This document shows positions 20,420 through 30,896 of a stretch of DNA of 64,000 bases, piece by piece. The DNA is from an uncultured cyanobacterium (GTDB lineage: Bacteria > Cyanobacteriota > Cyanobacteriia > Cyanobacteriales > CAWUOF01), in contig CAVUSO010000001.1 of the NCBI GenBank assembly GCA_963744145.1, positions 7,264,001 through 7,328,000 of the forward strand, in the 5' to 3' direction. The translations under genes were made by a program, and so were the position numbers. The stretch's first letter is position 1. The number at the start of each line of letters is the position of its first letter. The notes below the pieces were generated by a model. That model worked only from the letters and a program-made list of their open reading frames with translations, was not told where the DNA came from and did no database searches.

Positions 20420-23235
20420 TCACCAAGATTGCTGACAGGTTCTATGCCAAAAGTTTTGGATATTTTCTTGATAATTTGCTACTAATTCTATCTGACCATT
20501 TTGATTAAATTTCCAACTATTTGCTTCCACAATAGGAGCAGATTTTTTTGTCAATATCTCCGGAGCATTTTTATTAATATTACCAGATTGTATATGTATT
20601 TTTTCGTTCGTTCCTAAATCAGACAGAACTGAGCGATGAAATAATAAATCGTAGGGTGCTGAAGGTTCCCCACCTCTACCTGTGAGAATAAAATTATTAT
20701 CTTTCACTCGGGCACAAGTATTATTAATTTGATTACTCAAATCAGCAAAATTTACTGGTAAATGATCTAACCCAGTAGCCGGATTAATATCAGGTGTATT
20801 AATTGTGACGATACCGCTAAATTTTGCGCCTAAACTGGAAGTGGCTGTAATATCACTAAGGGGTGTTAAATATGGTCGATATTCTGTGCCAAAAATCCCT
20901 TGACTATAGATACTGATACTCCCACCAAAACCGATTTGAGCATTTGCCGTAATATCACTATTTTCTAAAGCGACTAAATTATCAGTTTGGATGGTAATAT
21001 TACCCCCATTAGCAGCACCGGCATCCGTGTTAATTCGACTATTATGACGCAGTTGTAAATTCTGGATTTGGAGATTAATACTACCGCCTAATCCAGACGC
21101 TGTATCCGCATTAATGCTGCTTTGATTATCCAGGGAAATTAAATTACCAACAACATTAATATTACCAGCTTTTCCTGTTCCTAATGTTTGCACATTCAGA
21201 CTTGTCCCATCCTGGAGTAACAATTGATTAACAGTTAAATTCAAGAAACCTGCATTTCCTGTAGCGTTGAGATTAATTTGGTTATCCAAAATCCCATTAC
21301 TAGCTGAAATTTGACTGTTAAATTGATGCGGATCTGTCGTAGCTATAAGTTTGAGCTGTTGTGCATTGATAAAAATATTTCCTGCATCTCCTACGCCTAA
21401 AGATGAAGTAGAAATCCCTCCTCCATTTTGCAGAGTTAGTACAGGTGTGAAAATCCGGATATCACCTCCTGAACTTTGGCTATTTGTTTCCGCATTAATA
21501 CTACTATATCGGCGAGTACCATCTACTAAAAATCCGGAATTGCCTATGATATCTATAGACTTAGTCGCATTGATGATTATATTCCCCCCGGGTCCAGCTT
21601 TTTGACCGACTATTTGTTGATCTAAAACGTAACCACTTCCAGACTCAATCGTACCACCATCAGAGATAGTTAATTGCTTAGTATTGATATTAATATCATC
21701 AGCTTTTCCCCCTACCCCCAGGCTAGTATTAGCAATAAAAGTTTGCACAAAACTTCCATCAGTAAAACCTCGAATTTCTACGGATTCGGAAGCTTGGATA
21801 TTAATCTTACCTGAGGTCGTATTACTAAAGGTAGTGCTAGCGACAAATGCGTTATCTTGTAGGATTAATTTTTCTACTTCAAACGTAATATTTCCCGCTG
21901 TAGTTGCGGTACTAAGCTGATCAGTACCACTCTGAATGAAAGAACCATCCAGAGTAGCAATTTTAGCCTGAATAGTGATATTTCCAGAATTCCCTGCTCC
22001 GCCAGTCGAGCTAGATATACCACCGCCATTTTTTACAAGTAAATTCCCAGTATCAATCTTAATTTCTCCTGCATGTCCACTGCCAGTAGTCCCACTAAAT
22101 ACAACAAATGTTGAGTCAAAAGGATTAGCAATTCCTTCTAATAGATAAGTAGCCAGGGTTTGTTGATATTTATTAGCTCCAATTCCACTCAATTCTACTG
22201 CGTTATTAGTGCTGATATTGATATCACCTCCCTGTCCTACTCCCAGGGTTAAACTATATATTTGTGCTCCTGCTTCTGTCTGAAAATTGTTACCGTTAAT
22301 ATCGATACCTCTACCATCGGCATTTCCTAGAGTTAACGCATATATTTTACTCCCATTTAGGAGAATATTGCCCCCTTTATATCTACTTTTCCTCCTCCGA
22401 TTCCGCTAGTATTGATAGTGGAATTATTAGCTGTTATATTCCCAAAATTGAGAATGTTGCTATAATCAAAACTTAGGCCGACTGGAGTGGTTTGCAAGTT
22501 GACTAATCCGGCATTAGCCACACTACCTAGATGTATTTCTCCTGATGATACAGTCAAATTACCATTGTTTAAAATAATATCCCCACCGATGAGGGCTAAA
22601 GTTTGACCAGGCATCACTTCTAACCCGACATTTTTGGGTAAGGGAATACTCGGATCTACAGATGGTAGTGGTAATAAACTGGTGACTTGAGATTGATTCG
22701 TAATACTTTGAGGATTGGTGCCAAATTGTAATCCTACGGGTACATTAATTGCTAATAGGGATGGTGGATTAGGATTAACTGCACTAAATTCGCTCCCATC
22801 GGCAAATTTGATACTATTCGCAGTAGTTCCAATCAAGGAACCGCCAATTCCTAACTGGGCGTTTGGTCCGAAGATAATCCCCTTCGGATTAATCAGAAAT
22901 AAATTAGCATTACCGTTGGCTTTAATTAATCCATCTATATTAGAAATATTATTACCAGTAACGCGACTGATGATATTTTGAATATCGACTGGATTATCAA
23001 AAACAGCCACATTGCCCGTCGGGAGCGAAAAGTTTTGGAAACTGTGAAATAAATTAGCCCCGACTCTGGTCCCAGCGGAAATATAATTAATATTATTATT
23101 CACATTGACAATCGTATTGTTCGGTAGAGTACGATCAGGAATGATTTGTCCCCATCCTAGAGGGGTAATAATGAGATTGCTACTAAAAACAATCACACCA
23201 ATATTGGCTAAATTTTTCGCTTTAAAAAGATTCAT
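20420..23235 (-). pseudogene. Filamentous haemagglutinin N-terminal-domain secreted protein, split by a 1-bp deletion
   Basis: NLFHSF, NLFLINPKGIIFG, beta-helix G-rich repeats; adding one G to the run at 22371-75 gives IKGGNILLNGSKIYALTLG in frame with the downstream ORF. Confidence 0.88.
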
Positions 23236-23471
23236 AAATTACCCCGCTTTAAACCCATCCGTGAATGGGATCTTTTTTCTCTTTTCTGACAGCGACCAAC
23301 CAGTTTGTTTATATTCAACTGATCTGCCGAGAAATCCCATTCCAAGCCCGATCCGCAGCAGATTGTCTTGCTTGGGATTTTTTGTTCAATCTATTCATAA
23401 AATTATGCTGCAACAAAAACAGCGATCGCCAAACTAAAATGGCAATTCAATTAGCTGAACTAATTAAAACA

Positions 23472-23684
23472 TTAACCAGTCTGTTGATGTGATTCTGTCC
23501 AACAGGGTGCGCTCCATACTGCATTCCAAATAGCTACTGGTAAATTTTCCAATACCTCTAATTCTGCCACCAATTCATTAGCCCTTGATATACTTGCGAT
23601 CGCCAATTCTGAAACCTTCTCCCACGCTGCACTAATCACCGTCGCACTCACAGGAGGAATATTTTCTGTGGGACTGACTAGCAA
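23472..23684 (-). pseudogene. Second copy or fragment of the 17697 small ORF
   Basis: LVSPTENIPPVSATVISAAW...IWNAVWSAPCWT; homology stops near 23690; no ATG start. Confidence 0.55.
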
Positions 23685-23764
23685 TTGGGAGCCTTAAAAA
23701 GTAAATTTGAACAGGAAAAATTTGCTTATCACTACATTTTTGGCACTACCAAACTAGGATTCTC

Positions 23765-24361
23765 TTAAGAACTATAACGTTCTTGAGTCCAAGGATCACC
23801 TCGACGATGATAACCATTCCTTTCCCAAAAACCTAATTCTTCTTCTGCTCCCAGAAACTCTAACCCATTAATCCATTTCGCACTTTTCCAAGCATAGAGA
23901 TGAGGGACCACTAACCGCATTGGACCACCGTGATCAACTGGGAGGGATTGACCAAATAAAGTATGAGCAAAGAAATTTTCTGCTCGAAGAAAATCTGCTA
24001 AGGAAATATTAGTAGTATAACCACCATAACAGTGTTCCATGAGATAGACTGTTTGGGGATCATAGTCAATATACTGAATAAAATCAGTAACTTTCACACC
24101 AGTCCACTCCACATCCAGCTTAGACCAATGGGTAACACAGTGAAAATCAATGGTAAAATTGCTTTGGGGCATATTCATGAAATCATTCCAGTTCAAAGTA
24201 AGTGGTTTCACCAATCCCCAGACTTTAAATTCCCATTGGTCAAGATTAATTTGGGGTGTATCTCCGTAAGTCATCACTGGAAACCCTTTAGTCAGGTGCT
24301 GACCCGGAGGGACGCGATCGCTTAGTTCTGGTCCTGGTTTTTGAAAAAATTTTCCAATCAT
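23765..24361 (-). CDS. Sulfite-oxidase-like molybdopterin oxidoreductase (YuiH-like)
   Basis: RVPPGQ, DFHCVTHWS, HGGPMRLVVP, WKSAKW, GFWERNGYH. Confidence 0.92.
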   Translation of the reverse strand: MIGKFFQKPGPELSDRVPPGQHLTKGFPVMTYGDTPQINLDQWEFKVWGLVKPLTLNWNDFMNMPQSNFTIDFHCVTHWSKLDVEWTGVKVTDFIQYIDYDPQTVYLMEHCYGGYTTNISLADFLRAENFFAHTLFGQSLPVDHGGPMRLVVPHLYAWKSAKWINGLEFLGAEEELGFWERNGYHRRGDPWTQERYSS

Positions 24362-24472
24362 ATCAATTAAATAGGAATAACTTACATTTCATTATAAAAT
24401 GAGATGCTGATAATCATTAAAGTCAAAAAATCACCCCAGTCATAATCGATAGGAGGTAGTTTAGCAAAGGAA

Positions 24473-25405
24473 ATGATGAAATTTAGTGTAGTTAAACAGC
24501 AACGGACTTGGTGGACAATTTCCTCAACAATCATTATTTGTGGTTTGATCGGGATTTTCATTTCCCTGATCAAATTTCATGCTCCGGTACGTCCCAGTCT
24601 TGACTTTATTGGTGGCACCAGATTACAATTTGAATTAGATTGTACTAAACCGAACAATTGCGATCGCCCGATTGATCTTGCTAATGTGCGTAGTGTTTTA
24701 GATCAGCAAGGGTTAGGTAATAGTAGTATTCAAATTATTGGTGCAGAGCAACATACTGTTTCGATTCGGACTGAACCTTTAGATGTGGAAAGACGAACAA
24801 AACTCCAAACTGCTCTAGCAGAAAAAATTGGTAGTTTTTCAGCTAAACAAACTCAAATCGATACCGTCGGTCCGATCATTGGTAAACAACTGTTAACCTC
24901 TGGATTAATTGCTTTAGTAGTTGCTTTTAGCGGAATAGCTGTTTATCTCACCTTTCGGTTTCAATCCGACTATGCCATGTTTGCCATAGTGGCGTTATTT
25001 CATGATATTGTGATTACCGTGGGATTATTTTCAATTTTAGGATTAGTAACCGGAATTGAAGCAGATAGCTTATTTATTGTCGCACTTTTGACGATCGCGG
25101 GTTTTTCAGTCCAAGATACAGTCGTGATCTATGATCGAGTCCGAGAAAACCTCCACCTCCATCCAGAATTATCAATCAACGAATTAGTAGATGAATCAGT
25201 CCGTCAATCGATTACGCGATCGCTCAACACAGTTTTCTCTGTATTATTAACCCTATTCTCAATTTTCCTCTTTGGAGGAGAAACACTGAGAAACTTTGCT
25301 TTAACCTTAATCATCGGCTTTACGATGGGAGCTTATTCCAGTATATTTATTGCTAGTGCTCTTTTGGCTTGGTGGCGATCGGAGCAAATCAAAAGAAAGC
25401 AATAA
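24473..25405 (+). CDS. secF: Protein translocase subunit SecF
   Basis: LDFIGGT, VGPIIG, ALFHD, GFSVQDTVVIYDRVRE, YSSIFIAS. Confidence 0.95.
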   Translation: MMKFSVVKQQRTWWTISSTIIICGLIGIFISLIKFHAPVRPSLDFIGGTRLQFELDCTKPNNCDRPIDLANVRSVLDQQGLGNSSIQIIGAEQHTVSIRTEPLDVERRTKLQTALAEKIGSFSAKQTQIDTVGPIIGKQLLTSGLIALVVAFSGIAVYLTFRFQSDYAMFAIVALFHDIVITVGLFSILGLVTGIEADSLFIVALLTIAGFSVQDTVVIYDRVRENLHLHPELSINELVDESVRQSITRSLNTVFSVLLTLFSIFLFGGETLRNFALTLIIGFTMGAYSSIFIASALLAWWRSEQIKRKQ

Positions 25406-25407
25406 AA

Positions 25408-26103
25408 CTAAGGTTTATCGGGAAAATCAGGAGCTTTCAAAGAAGGTAAACTTGTCGGTAAGGGTGAAGAGGAAGATTCTGGTGACTTGGAATTAAGTAG
25501 AGTAGTTGACACTAAAACATAACCAAGGTAAGCAGGTAAGAGCGTAAAAATAAGTGCTACCAAAGTTCCTAACCAAGTAATTAAATTTGAGGAAGAACCA
25601 TAGTGACAGCGATAGGGATCAAAAGATAATAATTCCGGTTTAATCACTTCCCGTAAAGCGATCGGTCGTTTAAAACGAACACGATGATCATCTAACTTTT
25701 CTAATAAAATCCAACCAGCTTGCGCTTCTTCATCACATAAACGTTTAAAAATAATCGGATTACGGAACAAATCACCATTTGCCCGAACAATTTTAAATTC
25801 CCAACCAGCTAAACGAGGATCTTTTAAATTGGGCAGATTATGACCATTGGTGAGAGCCTGGGGTGGTACTAATTTGCGAGATTGTTCCAAAGGTAGATCA
25901 TCCTTAGATTGATAACGGGTCAAAATTTCTTCCTCCTCCTCTTACTAGATATCATCTTTAGATTGATAACGGGTCAAAACTTCTTCTTCTTCCTCCTGCT
26001 GTTGTTCGAGCTGAAGTTGATATCTGTGCATAAAGCTACTGACAATCACAACAGCTAAACCCAAACTACCAACTAAAAAACTCCAAATCAATATTGCCCC
26101 CAT
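25408..26103 (-). pseudogene. Cyanobacterial membrane protein with a 54-bp internal duplication containing in-frame TAG TAA
   Basis: ATG 26103 MGAILIWSF...QQEEEEEVLTRYQSKDDI**EEEEEILTRYQSKDDL...GWEFKIVRA; stops at 25942-47; the 25408-25923 part may still be translated. Confidence 0.7.
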
Positions 26104-26209
26104 AGTGATTTTCCATCAATAATGCTTTTAATTTAACCAAACTAATGTCATTTAGGAACAGATCAGAAAAATCCCCCAATTTGACAACCAAATTACCGCC
26201 GAAAGTATC

Positions 26210-27379
26210 CTAATGCAATTGCTTCGGTAAATAACCTTCTACCAAACAATCCGGTCCAACAGGTTTCCAAACCACCCTTTCTAAGGATAAAGCTTCGGTC
26301 ATCACAGCAAAGCCTAAATCCCCAACTGGTGAAGGAGCATTTCTCCCACCCACAATTTTAGGAGCAATAAAAGCCAGAATTTTTTGGACTGCACCTTGGG
26401 CGATCGCACTTGCGGCTAATGTCCCACCACATTCCCAGAGAACAGACAATAACTGTCTTTTATAGAGATATTCCATCACCTTAGCGGGTGTTAAAGGCGT
26501 TAACTCCACCACGGACACACCCTTCTTCAATAACAACCGCTGAAAATCCGGAGAAGAACCGGACTCGGTAATGACCAAAGTATTTGCTACAGAAGTTTCC
26601 CATAAATGGGCATCAACTGGTAAATTTAGACTCCGACTCATGACTACTCGTAAAGGATTACGAGCATTTTCACCATGGGTAGTTAGTTGGGGATTATCCA
26701 AACACACCGTATTAGTGCCAACAATAACCGCATCACAAGCAGAACGCAAGAGATGAACTTCATGACGAGCTTGTGGACTTGACACCCAAGCACTATGTCC
26801 CTGACTAGTAGCAATTTTCCCATCAAGAGTCATCGCATACTTCAAAATTCCTAACGGACGATGGTAAAGAATGCGATGGACAAAAGCTTCATTTAACCTT
26901 TGACAAGCATCTTCTTCTATCCCTACCACTACTTCAATTCCCTTTTCCCGTAACTGAGTAATTCCACCACCAGTGACCAAGGGATTAGGATCAACCATCC
27001 CGACTACCACTTTAGCAACTCCTGCCGCAATTAAAGCTTCTGTACAAGGAGGTGTTCTCCCATAGTGATTACAAGGTTCGAGGTTGACATAAATCGTCGC
27101 TCCCTTAGCTAAATCACCAGCTTCTCGTAAAGCAAAAACTTCTGCATGGGGATGTCCAGCTCCGGGATGAAAACCTTCCCCAACAATTTTGCCATCCTTA
27201 ACGATCGCAGCACCAACTAAAGGATTAGGAGCAGTCCTTCCTAGAGCATGACGAGCTAATTCTAGACATCGGTGTATCATTGCTCGATCGAATGCTGCTG
27301 GGTCAGAAAAGTGTAAGCGGATCAGCTCGGTTTGGCTCCCCTCTGTATCGCGTTGAGCGTCCATTGGAAAACTTTCCAT
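26210..27379 (-). CDS. ribD: Bifunctional riboflavin biosynthesis deaminase/reductase
   Basis: PNPLVGA, HAE, LEPCNHYGRTPPC, TLDGKIAT, ECGGTLA. Confidence 0.96.
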   Translation of the reverse strand: MESFPMDAQRDTEGSQTELIRLHFSDPAAFDRAMIHRCLELARHALGRTAPNPLVGAAIVKDGKIVGEGFHPGAGHPHAEVFALREAGDLAKGATIYVNLEPCNHYGRTPPCTEALIAAGVAKVVVGMVDPNPLVTGGGITQLREKGIEVVVGIEEDACQRLNEAFVHRILYHRPLGILKYAMTLDGKIATSQGHSAWVSSPQARHEVHLLRSACDAVIVGTNTVCLDNPQLTTHGENARNPLRVVMSRSLNLPVDAHLWETSVANTLVITESGSSPDFQRLLLKKGVSVVELTPLTPAKVMEYLYKRQLLSVLWECGGTLAASAIAQGAVQKILAFIAPKIVGGRNAPSPVGDLGFAVMTEALSLERVVWKPVGPDCLVEGYLPKQLH

Positions 27380-27625
27380 GAATTAGAAACTATTTTCCCT
27401 GAGTTTAAGTTAAAACTGTCTAAATTTTGTGTACCGAGGTGGTTAAATTGAGTCAAAAGTCCCATTAAAGAGGGCGCAGAGCTCTTGCACCCCTACTGTT
27501 TACGTCTCAAAAAAAAAGCCATTTCATAATCCTTAGTTATCGTAAATTAATGATGGATGGATTGGGATGCGTGCTGTTGGCGATCGCACTTAGGGCACTT
27601 AGGGCGTAATTTACCGGATTTATGG

Positions 27626-28981
27626 CTATTTTATTTTCCCATTAGCGCCTTCATTTTCAATCGCTGAATAAGCATCTTTTGGCAAAAGTCCTAACCAGGG
27701 ATCGGTGCTAGGTGTTAAAAATAGGTCACTATAAACCTGGTTATTGAGATGATCAACATTATTCCAGGGATTATCAATCAACCAGGCGTAAATTTTCGGC
27801 TGTAATAGGTATTCATTCCGAACTGAATCCAAAGCGATCGAAGATTGAAATTTATTCAAAATGGGTACTAAAGGATCATCGGAGGAGCCTGGTATAATAC
27901 CTTGATTAGAAATATTCCAAGCTTGGGAATTTTTACTTCTCATTAAATCTTGACTATTCTGATCTAGTAGTGCTTCGGGAAGATGAAGTTCGGCGATTTT
28001 TGTCCAAGCTGAATCATCGGTTACACTTGACATGACTTTTTGATTAATCCCGATCGCAGAAATAATAGGTAGTTCTACAAAACCTTTCGATATAGCTCTT
28101 CGACCTGCTTCTTGAGCGGTAGGTATTTGGGTAGGAACATTAACTAATCCGGTTGGTGCTGGAATATCTAATTTAGCTAGATCTGCTTTCCATTTGGTTT
28201 GAATCTCGGTTAATCGATCGCGCTGATATTGACGAATAATATTTATTTTTGCAGCGGAATTATTAACTTCTGATACTTGAATTTGGTTGACTTGCTTGAC
28301 AATTTTTTCCGCTTGCTCTAATTGGTGCAAAAATATTTTTGGACCGTATAATCCTGGCAGCGCATCGATCACATTTCCATCTGCATCAAGTACATAATGG
28401 ATACTATTACCTGTAATAGTCCGTTCTAGTTTGCGCCCATCGCCAAAATCAATCGTAATTTTCGGTGCGGGACGGACGGTTTCCCAATGTAAAATAAAGC
28501 GATCGCGTAACAGCTTAGAAATTTCAGCATTGGGATACAAAGCTACCCGAAAAAAGCGACTGTTTGCACAGCTTAATTCTTGATCAAGTTTACCTAACAA
28601 ACGCAAGGATAAAATTGGTTTACCTGTAGCTTTTGCTGCTGCTTTTGCTTGAGCTAAATCTGTATACCAATATAGTTGAGAGGAATAACAATCACGTTGT
28701 TGACAAATAGTATCTAATGCAGTAGTAAATCTTTGCCAAGTAGGACTGTTACCTGCTTGCTTGTTTTGTAACTGCGCTCCATAAGCATTAATTAAAGCTG
28801 GAATGCTATGAGGTCCTTGTTGTCGTAAAGCAGCGATCGCCCCATTAGACTCAGATAAATTATCAGATAAAGCCTGGTGAGCGAGAATATCTAAGGATGT
28901 AAGCGCGAAAACTGGACTGAATAACCCAAACCCAACGCTAATGACCATCGTTACTGATCGGAAATTGCTTAATCTCATCAA
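27626..28981 (-). CDS. Secreted hypothetical protein with a thioredoxin-like segment
   Basis: Signal peptide; WYTDLAQAKAAAKATGKPIL...SCANSR...FILHW. Confidence 0.75.
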   Translation of the reverse strand: MMRLSNFRSVTMVISVGFGLFSPVFALTSLDILAHQALSDNLSESNGAIAALRQQGPHSIPALINAYGAQLQNKQAGNSPTWQRFTTALDTICQQRDCYSSQLYWYTDLAQAKAAAKATGKPILSLRLLGKLDQELSCANSRFFRVALYPNAEISKLLRDRFILHWETVRPAPKITIDFGDGRKLERTITGNSIHYVLDADGNVIDALPGLYGPKIFLHQLEQAEKIVKQVNQIQVSEVNNSAAKINIIRQYQRDRLTEIQTKWKADLAKLDIPAPTGLVNVPTQIPTAQEAGRRAISKGFVELPIISAIGINQKVMSSVTDDSAWTKIAELHLPEALLDQNSQDLMRSKNSQAWNISNQGIIPGSSDDPLVPILNKFQSSIALDSVRNEYLLQPKIYAWLIDNPWNNVDHLNNQVYSDLFLTPSTDPWLGLLPKDAYSAIENEGANGKIK

Positions 28982-29031
28982 AAACCTCGCGTTGAACCGA
29001 GCAAAACTGTAAAATTAATATCAATATAATG

Positions 29032-29198
29032 CCCACGCTAGCCGAAGAAACCAGAAACCGGGTTTCTACGACAATTTTGGCAGATTAACTAAGATTTGGT
29101 AAGAGTTCCGGTTTCTCAATCCCACGCGCTAGCCAATAAACCGGGTTTCTGCGACAATTTTGGCAGATTAACTGAGATTTGGTCAGAAATCCGGTTTT
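29032..29198. repeat. Two ~83-bp direct copies of an AGAAACCGGGTTTCT palindromic element
   Basis: AAACCGGGTTTCT-CGACAATTTTGGCAGATTAACT-AGATTTGGT at 29055 and 29138. Confidence 0.85.
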
Positions 29199-29240
29199 GA
29201 GAAAAATATCTGGTTGTGTAGAGCGGTGGAGTCCAGCAAC

Positions 29241-30602
29241 ATGCTTGCATACATCCTAGCATTGGTGGTCGGTTTTGGTAGTTTGGCGATTTATATGGCT
29301 GCTTTCTTTTTCCCAGAAGTTCATCGTAAAGGAGACTTTATCTGGAGTGGAGTAGGTCTGTTTTACGCTTTGGTATTATGGACTTGTGCTGGGCGCATTA
29401 CAGGAGCAGTTCTTCTGGGTCAAGCAGCTAGTGTGGCTCTTGTATGTTGGTTTGTTTGGCAAACTTTAACTTTACGCAGGTTTGTCACTCCAGAAACAGA
29501 AAAAACCGTCATACCTAGTGATCCTTCAGGTAGGGTGATGGCTCGGTTAAGTGGATTGGTGCCATTTAAAAAGCGTCCAGAGAAAGCCCCAGTTCCAGCG
29601 ACCCCAACGACCACGTTAGAGACTGATTCCCCCAAACCTGTGGAAGAATCTGTCTCCACAGCAACAGTAGATCAAGCAGAAAAAAAATCGGCGATCGCAG
29701 ATCAAGTCCAAGGTTCGAGGGATTCAATTACTCAGGTAGAACTAGCGATCGCATCCCCTAGTTCACCTTCTTCAGAAACCGAACCAGCGATCAACCATCC
29801 TAGCTCTGTTAGCGTTTCCCCTGAACCGGAACCGTCGGTGAAGACTGAAGAACCTATTGCGACTGAACCGGAACCGTCGGTGAAGACTAATGATGAGGAT
29901 TTTGATATTGATGATGAAGAATTTGCAGCTAAAGGATCTTCCTCGTCCTCAGTGAGCAATGAAACTGTAACCTCTCCACCGAAAACTGAGTCAGCTAAAG
30001 CAAAAACTAAATCTGGGGGTAACTTATTCAGTTGGATCAAAGGGATTTTTAGTAAACCTAAAAAAGATAAATCTGCATCTGTTCCGGAAACTTCTGCAAA
30101 CCAGGTCGCTGCTGCTCCAGAAAACTTGACTAAAGCGCCAGAATCTGATTTGGAACAAAAAACTACATCTGAAGATGATTTAAAATCGACTTCGGAAACT
30201 AGCACAACCTCAGAGCCAGTAGAATCAATTCACCCTGAGACATTAGACCATGCAGTTGGGCAAACAGAAACAAGCCATGAGGAAGTAACTCACCCAGCAG
30301 AACCAACTCCACCAATAGCACAAACGGAAACCGTTCCAGTTGCAACTTCCGAAGTAGTTCCTGAAGTTGAACATCCCAAGGAAGTTGTAGATGCTGAACC
30401 TAAAATTGAACCTCAACCAATTACTGAGGTTACTACTGAATCTGCACCCCAACCCCCAACCAATTCAGAGTCTATAGAAGAATTAAGTTCAGCCAAAAAA
30501 ACTGATGCTGTTTTAGTAGACGCAGCTAAACATTCCACGGAAGCAAAATCTGCATCTAATCCAACGGATGATTTAACTAAATCATCTCAGGAAATTGACT
30601 AG
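29241..30602 (+). CDS. ycf66: Ycf66-family protein with long acidic S/T/E/P-rich tail
   Basis: MLAYILAL...AFFFPEVHRKGDFIWSGVGLFYAL...LLGQ; start reassigned to ATG 29241. Confidence 0.85.
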   Translation: MLAYILALVVGFGSLAIYMAAFFFPEVHRKGDFIWSGVGLFYALVLWTCAGRITGAVLLGQAASVALVCWFVWQTLTLRRFVTPETEKTVIPSDPSGRVMARLSGLVPFKKRPEKAPVPATPTTTLETDSPKPVEESVSTATVDQAEKKSAIADQVQGSRDSITQVELAIASPSSPSSETEPAINHPSSVSVSPEPEPSVKTEEPIATEPEPSVKTNDEDFDIDDEEFAAKGSSSSSVSNETVTSPPKTESAKAKTKSGGNLFSWIKGIFSKPKKDKSASVPETSANQVAAAPENLTKAPESDLEQKTTSEDDLKSTSETSTTSEPVESIHPETLDHAVGQTETSHEEVTHPAEPTPPIAQTETVPVATSEVVPEVEHPKEVVDAEPKIEPQPITEVTTESAPQPPTNSESIEELSSAKKTDAVLVDAAKHSTEAKSASNPTDDLTKSSQEID

Positions 30603-30605
30603 AAC

Positions 30606-30794
30606 ACCTCTCCCCCAACCCCTCTCTATCACGGTCAAAGGGAGTAGTATAAACTCTCCCGTTTGACCTCTCCCCCAACCCCTCGACCCAGAAGAAAGGG
30701 GAGCAAGAATGACTCGCTCTTCAATCTCCCATCAATTTAATCATATTAATTACTTCCCCTGCCCTCCTAGGGAAGGGGGTTGGGGGGTTAGGTC
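30606..30794. repeat. GC-rich palindromic ACCTCTCCCCCAACCCCT ... GGGGTTGGGGGTTAGGT repeat element
   Basis: Two left arms (30606, 30666) and one inverted arm (about 30771-30794); related copy at 57375-57470. Confidence 0.75.
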
Positions 30795-30896
30795 TGATTA
30801 ATTAGGGGTGTCACTAAGTTATGTAACAAGTTGTTAAGTGCTACTGACAAGATTCTATAATAAAGTTTAATAACTTTCTCTCATTGGTATTTAGCT

